A DNA stretch of 64,000 nucleotides, from positions 32,565-96,564 of the forward strand of contig NMRA01000927.1 in assembly GCA_002633005.1 (NCBI GenBank), in the 5' to 3' direction. A model generated the notes under the pieces. That model made no database searches. It had not been told where the DNA came from and saw nothing but the letters and a program-made list of their open reading frames with translations. Within the stretch, counting starts at the first letter, position 1. Each line of letters begins with the position of its first letter. A program made the position numbers and the translations under genes. Shown in pieces: positions 38,701 through 50,700 of this stretch. Source of the DNA: Phoronis australis. Taxonomy: Eukaryota; Animalia; Phoronida.

Positions 38701-41700
38701 CGACGGCGTCCCAATATGGTCTGACCTTTCAGTAGACACGTCGACTGTCTCATGAATAAAAATAACTCGGTGTTAAACGCACGTGGCCAGGAAGCGCGCG
38801 CTACATACATGAACTGTCATCAAAGACATTAGTCGGGAACTATCCATTCATGAAACGGGTAGCATAGCATCGGCAAGAAATGAATATTGGCACTAATTTC
38901 CGACAATTTCTAATACTATGAAACATGTTTGCGTTATTTTTGAAATGGATTGTTTGATTAACAATAATTGGTGTTATTAAGCTGAATATCCGATAAAATG
39001 ACCACTGACAGTGAATGCTTACACATCCTTACACCGAAAAATAACTGTCAGATAGTCACGTGCGCATCCAGCTACACGGTGACTAATATGGGCATTACCG
39101 AGACAAATGTCAAAAGCTTTTAGCACGAGACTGGCAAGTGCTGAATGAAACATGCTCTGGTTTAAGCCTACTGCTTGTGCAAATTTCTTTAGACACATCT
39201 AGCTAGTTAGATTGCATGGCTCTGGCCAAAAGACGGTCTCTGCTTTGGCAAATGAACTCTGGTGACATGCACGCGCTCGCTTACTCGCAGATGAACTTCA
39301 AGACAAATGTCACGTGACAACAACATGTGTGTTCGTCCAGACATTTTTCTCGCCTTGTTGCCGATCATACATGTAGATGGCTCGATGTTGCAAAGATTTG
39401 TACTTAAACCTGCCATTAATCCAGACTCCACGGGAACTTAAAAAATCTAAGAGAAGCTACTTATAAAACTTAATGAGGATTTCAAGTAATTTGCTCGAGT
39501 CGAAAAAATTTTTTATTCAAGCATTAAAGTCGCCATATCGAAGACGGCGATTTCGAGGCAGTCAGTCAGCGAGTTTTCGCCCTGGTATTTCAGCACAATT
39601 TCCTATAACATGATCGTAATTTAGCAGCAAAGTTTGATAGCAATGCACCACAGTTTTGTTGAAAGTCTTTCATAGATTACATATACGTCACAGAGCGTAA
39701 ATTTGATGAATCTTAGCTTCCGATTTCACTCGTTTCGGAGACCAGGTTTCAACCGCCTTGGGTTGTACTAAGCCCCCCCCTGAACCGAACTTTTCTAAGC
39801 GCCCTGGGCGGTTACTACGGCGAATACGGTAAGTGAATTTACATAAATATAACAGACGACGACTTTCAGGCAGATGGAACGGACGCTGTGCCCACAAGTG
39901 GCAATTTCATTTTGTTCTGTTTTCCTTTGTTTCTCTAAAGTTCCTTGACAGATTTTAATGAAATATGGCATGTTCCCTTTTTGGATGGATTGTACGTTTT
40001 TGCGCCATCTAGTGGCCATTTTTACGATACAAATAAATAACCCTAAAAGCACACACAAAACTGAGCTGAGGAGCTAGAGACCTGACTTAAGGGTCTAGCA
40101 CTATGCCTCAGTGGGACTCTTACCCACAACTTTGAGTAATGAAGTGGACACCTCTCACACTAGGCCACACTGCCTTCTCTCTTTCATGTTAGGAGGAGCA
40201 CTCTTAGATTTTTGACTTACTCATCAATTCACTTCCATAGACTGATCACATGGAGCATAGTTTTTTGACAACCAGTCCTTGTCAAAATAACACTTTACAA
40301 TTAGTGCTTTTTATGCATGGAAATTATACAGGTTGGTGAGTTAGTGCGTGTCGAGTAGTGTTACTATTTGTACTGAGCCTGGTCTTAAAATTTTTTGCTA
40401 AATTATTTTTTACATAGTTCAGAGTAGTCTGGTTGACAATATCTCGGGATTGGCTGCTGAAAACACCATAGTGTTGCCTACTTCACAGGTCCAGTGTGCT
40501 CATATGCCATCTTTGGATGTAGTAGAAAAGATAGTGCGACCAGATGTCACGCAGCTAAACATGACCTCGCTCCAGTCGGGCTCCAAATACGTGTGCACCG
40601 TCAAGGCTAAGACGGGCAAAGGATATGGAAAACCGGAGAGTGTGATTACGGCTACATTGCCTCTAAGTAAGTGGCATTTCTCATATTAGTCTTGATGTCT
40701 GCCGAAACAATTTTGAGGGATTTTGAATGAAATTTGCTTTTCGCTTTGGATTCTGTTAATATTTTCGATAGACCGATTTCTTCGGATTTGATGAACTTGG
40801 CTAGAAATCGGTACCATGAATTGCAATTTAGGTACTATATATAGTTGAAAGCTATACAAAAGAATTTGAGTGGTTTCATTGACGACCTGTTTTTGGCCTA
40901 TTTTTTTTCATTTGGCCTTATTTTTTCATTTGGCCTTATTCTTTTTTCATTTGGCCTTATTCTTTTTCATTTGGTCTTATTCTTTTTTCATTTGGCCTTA
41001 TTCTTTTTTCATTTGGCCTTATTCTTTTTCATCCATACTGTCGAGCTTCCTTCCGATGGCTGATTTCCGATGTGCCAGGAAATAATGTGATGAGCTTTAG
41101 TTACATGTTAAGTGTGCATGATAGCAAGTAGCAGCGTGTGTTCATAAAAACAACAACGGATTTAAACCAGCTCTTTCAATGACTTTGCTAAAATAGACCA
41201 AGCGGAAACAACAAAGGAGCTTAAAATGCTTGAGGCTCAACGCATCAGTTGGTGTAAGCCCAGTCTCACTAGGCAACTGGCACACCGCAGCTTGACATTG
41301 TTTGTCTAGTCTAATGTTACTCTCCTGTAACTGACTATGTCTGTGTTTCATTACTTGGGCCTAGCAAGGTGGCCACTGTGTTTTTATTTCTGATGATGGT
41401 GTTTCAATAAACGCCGAAACATGTCGAGCTGGTTTATACCCATCGTTGTTTTTATTAATTTATTAAGTGTGACGATAACTTGCACTGCTTCATCATATTC
41501 CAGGGCCTGAAAAACCCACCACTCCAAAACTGTTACTTGAAGAGTCAACTGAGACAACGTTCACCCTGAAGTTGGCCCCTGTCAAAGGATGCAAGTGAGT
41601 GTTTGGTTCTGACCAGATACAGAATATCCCAAAAACATTCATCTAACTTACCCTGAATTCCCTGTCATAATGACTGGAAAGAAGCCCAATTCATTGACAT

Positions 41701-44700
41701 AGTAGTCTTCCCTTGTGAACGAAAATAAAAGGGGAAATTTTTGCTGTAAACAGAATTATTCGTCATGACGGTAAAATGGTATTTTGTCTGATACCTTTGT
41801 CTCACACTGTAAAGCAAATGCTCAGTTTAGGAAGCCAGTAATCCAAAACTTGGAACAATGAGCTTGAAGTACACTTTGTGGCTGCAGAAAAACAACAGTC
41901 TTACCCGAGTGTACAAATGTATGCTTACAGTTAGTCACATGGGATTCTTTTCTCATCAACTTGCCTGACTGTGCAGACGTACAACTCTTGACGTTCTGTG
42001 TTCAACTAATGGAGGAGCGTTCACATCATCAGCACCACCTCGAAAATTTATTGTACGATGAAGTTGTTTTAATGGGTATTTTAATTTTCTCTCCTTCAGG
42101 ATATATCGCATTGTCATACACAAACTGTCTGAAGAAGCTCGCTACAACATCGACCGGCGACGTCGTGACACATTAAATGAAGACGATCTTCAACGGAAGA
42201 AAAATCCCCACTTTTATACTGCCGCTGAACTAACTGAGGCAGACCTGGCGAAGCCGTTTGTCGTTGGGGACGGGAAGATGTATGGTGGTTATCAAAACGT
42301 TCCACTAGTCAAGGGCAACAAGTACGATGTGTACTTTGGTGCCGGGAACAGCAACGGCGAGGTAAACTTATTTGAATGGTATTATCACTGTGAGATGGCC
42401 GCCTAAACAGAGCCATCTGTAGGTTTGAGGTATTTGACACTTTAAAAATACCCCATATCTAATTCTTGTCACTCTTTATTTATTATTGTTGTGGTGGTCG
42501 AAATAATTAAAAAACAATTGCAGGCGGTCTGATACACGTTGTACCAGACGTGTGCAGGCCTCGCATGTAGGCCCATTGCACTGATCACCTGGAACTATAT
42601 TTATGTTTTATCGATATATGGTTAAAACTGAGCTGAGGAGCTAGAAACCTGGCTCAAGGGTTTAACAGTGTGACCTGGTGGGACTTGAACCCTTGACCTC
42701 GAATAAAGAAAGCAGGCACTTATCAACCAGGCCACACTACCTCCTCAGCCTGGGTGAAATACTTGCTCAGTGGTCAGTTTTGTTGTTGCACCTCGTTCAC
42801 ATGGTGGCTAAAATGCCAGCGTTTTAGCTAGTAACAAAAACTCCATTAATATGAATGGTAGCAAGGCTCACTTTTGCTGTTGTCACGTCAACCAATGTGT
42901 GGCAGAGACTGGATGTCTTTTGACATCTGTTTTCGCTTAAGAGGGACTTGGTTGGTGAGGAAACCAACTGACTGTTGGCCAAAATTAACTCTTTGTTGAC
43001 AGCTCGTCTATCTGGCAAAAATGCTTAGAGGTTTCACTAGTGTCTTAGCCAGTGAAACAACCACTGCTTTGCCGCTCATGTGAACTTTGTATTAATAAAA
43101 CTTGTGATGTTGGTCATTTGAAGGTCATTAAGCGGGACTGCTTGCCTGAAATTCCTATAAGTGTTTCTTAATTTTAACCCTTGTCAATACATTTAGGATG
43201 GGGTCACAAATTTTGCTCTGAGCACAATCAACTCTTCATTTACTCCAAAAGCTCAACATTTCAAAAATTATACTGTAGACCTGAAAAATGAATTTCTTTA
43301 GACCAACAAGGCGACTAACTTGCTGTGCATTCCATCAAAAGATGCTTAACTTCTTCGGTGGCACCATTTCCAATCAACTGGCTTCAAGTTCCTACCAACC
43401 GGCCTTCCATCATTAAAAAGAACAACTTTTTGTTTTGACCATTTGTCATTAAGAAATTGGTCTCAAACGGCTCTTTAGTCAAATGGGAGGTGTTTTCAGA
43501 GCTTCAACGAACAGTTAGTAATTACTTGAGACCAGTCACTAAAAGTTTACTCGTCATGGCATGTTAATTTATGCACTGAGTGGTTTTGAGGTGTAACAAA
43601 CTGTCAGTCATTTGTCATATGAGTAAGAACACATTGACCCTGAGTTTTACGTGATCTAAGGTCACTTGTTGGATGGAACCTGTGTTTATAGTCACTTAAA
43701 GGAGACACTATGAGCATAGCTATTGTAAGGGGTCCAGTGCCAGGTTGCATGAAACAGTCCCAAATAGGGACTGGGATAAGTTCCCTAAATCTGTTGACAT
43801 GTATATTTGTTTCGTTCTTTACTCACAGATGAAATGTTTTTTCTATCATTTTATCTTTATTGTGAGCTCCCCTTTCACTATTGAAATTTTCTATTAATTC
43901 AACTTAAAACTAAGCCCTTAATTCAGTCAAAGTGATTAGGGACATGCAATTAAGGGAGTTGCATGAAAAAATGCTCTTAATATTTTCAACAACATTGAGA
44001 ATTCAAAGTAGAGTTCACTCTCGATTTTTATCAAAGCCAAAAATTGACTTAGCAATGAGACCCAAATAACTGTTTTCACAAGACCCCAAATACGCAGTAG
44101 CTTCAGGAGAGTTGGTTGAGTCCCTATTTGGGATTATTTGATGCACAGTTGTCTCTGTAAGTCACTGCTGGTGATGGTGAATATGTCAATAGGTTTGTCT
44201 GTTGTTTTAGCTTTTGGGCAGTTTGTCTTGTGTTCACAGCTAGTCGTTTATACAGTTGTCACTGTTTGGTGAGTGAATAGGCGGAATGGGATTTGATGCT
44301 ATTCGGAATTCTAAAAATATAGATTCTTACTAAGTTGGAATGTGTCCGGGAGTATAGCTTTAATTAAATTCCTGACCACGTATGTGACACTTAGCGCAAT
44401 GCATTACACAGGAGTCCCTGATTTTGGGAACCAGTTGGATGCCTGTTAATTAGTTGATGAAACTGGTTCTCGAAACGTGGGGCCCTTGTATATGCCTGTA
44501 ATCCTGTTCGTCTTTTCCAGGTCTCATATTTCTCGTATACTAAGATGAGCCAACCTGTAAGGGCTCTCCAGTACGTGGCTCCTACGAAAATGCCGATTGT
44601 TGTGCCAGGGGAGGTGGAGCAAGGTGACCCGACGGGGGCCATTGTTGGTGCCGTGGTGGTGGTAGTACTCATGGTGGTTATTGCTGGCGTGGTGGCTGGT

Positions 44701-47700
44701 ATGCTGTACAGGTGTGCAACGACCTTTGGTTTTACATAAACAAGCTGTCTTTGTGTTTTTATGAATGACTGGCTTCATTCTCAAGGCAGTGGTGAATGGG
44801 TGGGGCAATAACTCGCACTGTAACCTTTATGTACTAGGAGGCTGATCATTGAGGTTATCTACATCTCACTGTTAGAGGGATACAGGAAAAGTTTTTGTGT
44901 TTTAAAATTAGTTTTTTATCTACGGCAACCAACTGTATGTTACATGAACTGCTAGAAACATTTTATTTGCAGTCTGGCAAAAATTAAGGTCTCTTAAGTT
45001 AGAAATTTGAAACAAAATATTTTTGCTAGAAAAAATGGGCACAGGTAACTATGAAAAGAAGAAGAATATTTAAAAATATTTATTGAATTATGCACCCACA
45101 CAAATATTTTGCAAAGTGCTTAGTACCTAATCACTTTGGAGTGAGGGAGGCAAGGGGAAAGACAACTGCTTTAAGGACCGTCAAATGTATTGAGCTTACC
45201 AAGAGGCAATAATTATCAAGCTTGGAATTCAATGCTGAGAAAAGTGACTGGCCATACAAACTTATTCATTGACAAGTTTGTTCATTATGTCTTGACTAGC
45301 CATTTGCCTTAAGTTTCTTATAAGCAGTTTTTTCAAACTATCTTAGCAATGGTTAGTAAAAAAGGAAGAAAGTTCAAGCATGCAGAAAAGTATCATATCA
45401 GGTGATATATCATTAAGCTTGAACAAGCTTGGTCAAATTAAGCTAAGTATGCTTGAAGTGATATAGTGTGAACTGATTGACGCAGTATACTGAGGTAGTG
45501 GTGTGTTTCTGATTCAGGTTCTGAATGTTGAAAGTTGTACACTGCCTTGGGCATAGTGCTGCCCGTGTTTATTTCTCCGCGTGACGCCTCTAATATTGCA
45601 ATATTTCAGGCGCAAGCGACGTCAAAACTTGGATATATCAAAGCCTGGTGACGAGGACGGATTGGCAGAGAAACACGCTTTAACTGGCGGTTAGTAGGCT
45701 GGCTTTATTTAATTATGAAAATAAATTTTTCTCGCTATTCATGGAATTATGATTGCAAATTAATGACCCGTGTTTTTTTTAGGATACTTTCAAAAGTTGT
45801 TGATTCCTTTGATCTGCTGGATCTCAAATATGATATAAATACTGCATTTGAGTCTATAGATTGCAAACACTGTAATTTGAAAAGATACGGGAATGATTTG
45901 GGTTTGTGGTCCTCCTCACATGTCCGTTGGCAGCAACACGTTCAGAGTGTTAAGAGGAAGCTATTTTTACCACGTTCAGTGAACAGTTTGGGGAGAGGTG
46001 CCTCATGAACATTTCATGCAACGCGAGACCTGCCTGAAGAAAAAGGTTTGACACGAATTGATACAGATCGTATTATTCAATCGAAATCATATCGACAAGC
46101 ACACAAGCCACTTTGCAACTGGGATATTTATTGCAGTGATATGGCCACAGTGCATGAATATGTAAAAGGTAATTTGGTTATACTTGGAAAGGAAAATTGT
46201 CTGCCATGACATCTGTGGGTTGTATTGTCTTGTTGGCTTAGGGTTGGTTGTCCAAGTACAGCCCACGTAAGTGAAAGGTCAAAGGTTATTGAAAGTTCAG
46301 AAGACAGCAGATCGGTAACAAATTTGCAACACTCACTGGTCCAGCACAGTTGTTACACTTAGAAAACCTGAAAACGTGAAAGATTGTCAATGAGTAAAAT
46401 AATCGTCAAGGAAAATACTAAGAAGCAGGTAAAAGCTGTTTGACTTGGAAATTTTACAATCTCAGTGAAACGCCTCATTTTACCGAGTTATATATGGAGT
46501 TTGTGCCTTTAATGATGCTTTGCAGCAACTATCGAGAAAAATTACAATATTTATGCTTTTTGTTGGAAGACGAATGAGTGGAAAACCATGCCAGGACCAA
46601 CGGGAATCATAGCTCGCGTAATATCAGCTCTGTGGGGAAATTGCTTTATGTGCTGGCCTGATTAATACGAGGCGTTCTACCATTTTTAGGGAAAGACGAT
46701 GCTGGAGAGGACTCTGACACTGAGGACGAGACGACCAACTTGTGCACCACTGTGGATAATGAGCCTCTGTACACCAACATGGGCGAGATACGTCACTCAG
46801 TGCCCATAGATGAACTGGAGGAGTATATCAGTGATATGAAGATGAACAAGAACGACAAGTTCAAACATGAGTATCAGGTAGGCAGTGTGGCAGTGTGAGT
46901 GAACTAGAATTGTGGGTTGAAATAGGAGGATCAGTCAGTGTGTGGAAACGGACGAGAATGATGTTTTCGTATAATCGGTATGCAGTAAGCACTTTTGGGA
47001 ATGAACAAAAAGGTTATGCTCAAAGCTGGTTATTGGCTTGCCAGTGTGTGAAAAGGAATTGGAATGGTATGTTCAAAATATAAAAGTCAAGTAGGCAATG
47101 TGTGGAAATGAACTAGAGAGAAATGTTCAAACAGGGTCATCATTTGGGCTGGAGGCAAAGATAAACACGGTCATTATGTAAAAATATGTTTGTCACTGTT
47201 GAAGATGAATATTTGACCAATAATATCAAACACGAGTATCAGAACTGTCTGTGATTTGTTCGGCTAGAGGACAATTCTGTTTCAAGTGAATCCTCTCTAA
47301 TACGGATGTACTTGCTGTTGTGGGAAATGGGTGGATCCATTTTATTTCAGGGGTGCTCACTGTACAAGATCCGGCCCGTGTGGGAGGAGATATTTGTTTG
47401 TATTTCAAAGGTGCTAAGTGGGATTGTCTAGGTTGTTTTCAGTCATGTTATTAGCATATTGACTGAGTTATTTGTCAGTGAGTGCTGGACTTCCCCTTGT
47501 ATGCTAATATCCCGCCAATGTGTAATTTCGTATCTCTGCCAATCAACAGTTGTGTTACCATCTCCATAATGTATCTTATAGCAAATTCCTTGGGGCTTGA
47601 CTGCACCATGTGAAGTGGCCAAGAAATCAGAAAACAGACACAAGAATCGCTATGGCAACATTGTAGCATGTAAGTAAACATTAATTGAACTTGAGTCATC

Positions 47701-50700
47701 TGTACTTGAACTTATTCCAAAAAGCGTTGTATGCAAACTTATCAAGACTTCATCCACATAAGAATTCATTATGGAAATCTCCTCATTTTTGTTGTACTGC
47801 GTTAAATTGTTGTTGGTTATTTAAGAAGTTTCATTGAGTAATTTTCTTCGATTTCCGGCTTTTATTGAATTTTCAATACAAACTTAAATACTTAACAAAC
47901 TTAAATTTCAAATACAAACTTGCATCAGAATACGTTTCGATTAATCTTTTTTATTCTTTACCATAAGATGATCACTCACGAGTGATACTAGACCAGCTGG
48001 AGGGTGTTCCAGACTCAGACTACATCAATGCAGATTACATGGACGTAAGTGGGACCTTAAATATTTATTGATAGAATTCCAGCATGTTAATTGCATAACT
48101 GCACCTGAAGTAATTGCTGTTATTAGCTGATCCATTTTACTCCCTGCGGAATTTGTTTTTATAAAACAGTGCAAACATGTTCACCTGACTACTAGAGCCA
48201 GTTATATTATAGCAGGCGACCAGAAGGATCGCCAACTAAGGGCTATATGTGACATAACAACTAGTCACTTAACCACATAGGTGTAGACGTAAAGATCTCG
48301 TTGTAGCTATGAAAAATGGCAGCCACCATATGGAAGCTGCCATTACAATATTGCATACTTAACAAAAACATTATAGTGTACACTTCCAAAATTCCTCAAG
48401 CATGGAGGTAGGCTGGTGGAGATGGGGTGGTGAAAATACACCATCCTTTGAGACAGTGGGCCTGCATAAGGTCTCAAAGCAATGCATTGACCTTTTTGTC
48501 GCAGTTTGTCACCAAATTCAAACATGAGTTTTGTGTGGCTGCAACCATTAGTAACTGTCTTGAGTTGACTGAAAAATGACGGTCAGATAATTGAAAATTG
48601 TTGCTTCAATTTTTTCTTTGGAATTTTCAGTCACAGCATGAGAAGTTTCTCGTCGCCAGTCACTGAAAACATTTGTATGCATTGGTTTGGCCACTTCATT
48701 TGAGTCGTTTTTTAATAAAAAATGACCAGCATGTTCAACATGATGAGATAGTCAACCCACATTTTCATTGCTTCAACCAGTGTTTACTTGTACAATAAAT
48801 TAACGAATCGGCTTAACAGACCGTCAAGTCTTCTGCCAGTTAATGACCATCGGCACATTTTGATTACTAGATGTGCGTTGTTATATTTTAATTTTAAGTA
48901 GATATTCCCTTTGCAAATGGACTCTGCATTCAGCAATTCGCCTAAAATAAGCTTACATGTTGTTAGTCAAGTTGTATCTCATGACTTGTGAAATATGTTG
49001 TGTCGAGACATCCAATTAAAAACATAAATAATTAATGCAGTATTCCAAATATCCAGCACAGACAGGAGCAGTTGAAAATAAAATGACCCATTAACTCTCC
49101 CGTCAGACTGATTAACTGAACTCATGCTGAACGTTCAGTTTGCACGTGCTTGACATCAGAAGTATCCAAAAGTATCAATGGCCATGTTGCACAAAGTACC
49201 GTAACACTCGGCATACAAGCCGTAATGGCTGGATTGCAAATTGGAACAGCAGATCGTGTATCATTCATGGTGAAAATGGTCAGAGTTTTTAACACTAATT
49301 GCTCACAAGGCTCCACCTTTCATCATATTAGGAGTTCGTGTTGGCATCGCTCATTGAGGGTGGCCTCGTCTATGGCAATTGGTTGCATTGAAAGGTTCGA
49401 GTTTGACTTTGGAGGCAATGAGACCAACCAGGCTTACAGGCCACTAAACCACTCAAAAGTCATCCTGAGAATTAACCATTCTCAGTATGTTGAATTAAAA
49501 ACTTGGTGGAAATGTGCTATGTGATTATATAGGCGTTTTTCAAGGTGAAGCTCAACTTAAGTTGGGAGTCATGGGCTTAAATCTTTTGACTGGTGGACTA
49601 TATTTTATGATGTCAATCGTTGCTTTCTGTTCACGTTAGGGTTACACCAACCTGAAGGCATACATAGCCACTCAGGGACCCAGCAAGCAGACGGCTGCGG
49701 ACCTGTGGCGCATGGCCTGGCAGGAGAATGCCACCAAGATCGTCATGGTTACCAACTTGGTCGAGGATGGGCGGGTAGGACTGGACAATTATTTGCCCTT
49801 TCTGTGAAACATTCTCATTTTTGCAGAGTATATTTAAGGATGTAAAGGTCAATACTTGTATGTTGAATTTGTGACTGAGAAACAATTTGCATTTTATAAT
49901 GTAGTATTTTTATTCAGAGTTACAAGCTGTTGTCAGTTTATCTGTATGTCAGTGCAGTCTAAGCAGATAGAGTGCTGCTTTCCAAGATGGTTCTTGGATG
50001 TATTCATACCGCATTCACTTCCATTCATGCACTCAAATTGTGTTAGAACAGTAAAAGAGCTTTAATCAACGAGCAATTTCATTCATTCATGTATTGTATT
50101 GTATTTTGTATCTGCATTAATGTGATGACATATCTTTCTCTGGAGTAACCCACCAAGTTATGATGTTTTCCACTGGAATCAGTGGTCATTTAGGACGTTT
50201 ACTGACCACTGACTTAAGACTGCGTTTCAGAATAATTATGAGTTAACAAATCTGTCATCAAATTATTGCACTTACGTGTTTATGCATAATGTGTGTCACG
50301 AGGTTATGGTGTTGCTTTTTCAGCGTAAGTGCGAAATGTACTGGCCAGAAGAGGGCAGTAAAGAGTATGGTGCCATAGAAGTGAGGCTAGTGGCTATTGA
50401 GAGGCGAGCCGACTTCATCATACGCACATTTGAAATGGCAAAGGTAAGATGGTGTTATGCCTAGTGGTAGTTCAGTCATCACGGACTAAGATAATAACCT
50501 TCTTTATTTTGATAGGAATTTACACCTCACCAGTTGTAATGTGTTCCAGTGTCATTTAATTGAGGAGGATTGTAGAAAGCACCATTAGCATGTCATTTCT
50601 TGTTTTGTGAACTTTATTTTCCTTGTGGTAAAAAAGTTTCTAGCATTCTAACCCAGAAATGGCCGGCTTGTTTTATCGAAGGACGGAAGGTCCAGGCATT

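Larger units (their letters stand above)
36891..40175 (-). mobile_element. tRNA-derived SINE copy B, split into 36891-36967 and ~40056-40175 by nested insertions
   Basis: The left part matches 42521-42595 and the right part (AAAACTGAGCTGAGGAGCTAG...AGGCCACACTGCCT) matches 42624-42745. Confidence 0.72.

Noticed and set aside
40845-41085. Hydrophobic F/L-rich ORFs resembling membrane proteins
   Set aside because: Translations of the 21-bp T-rich minisatellite
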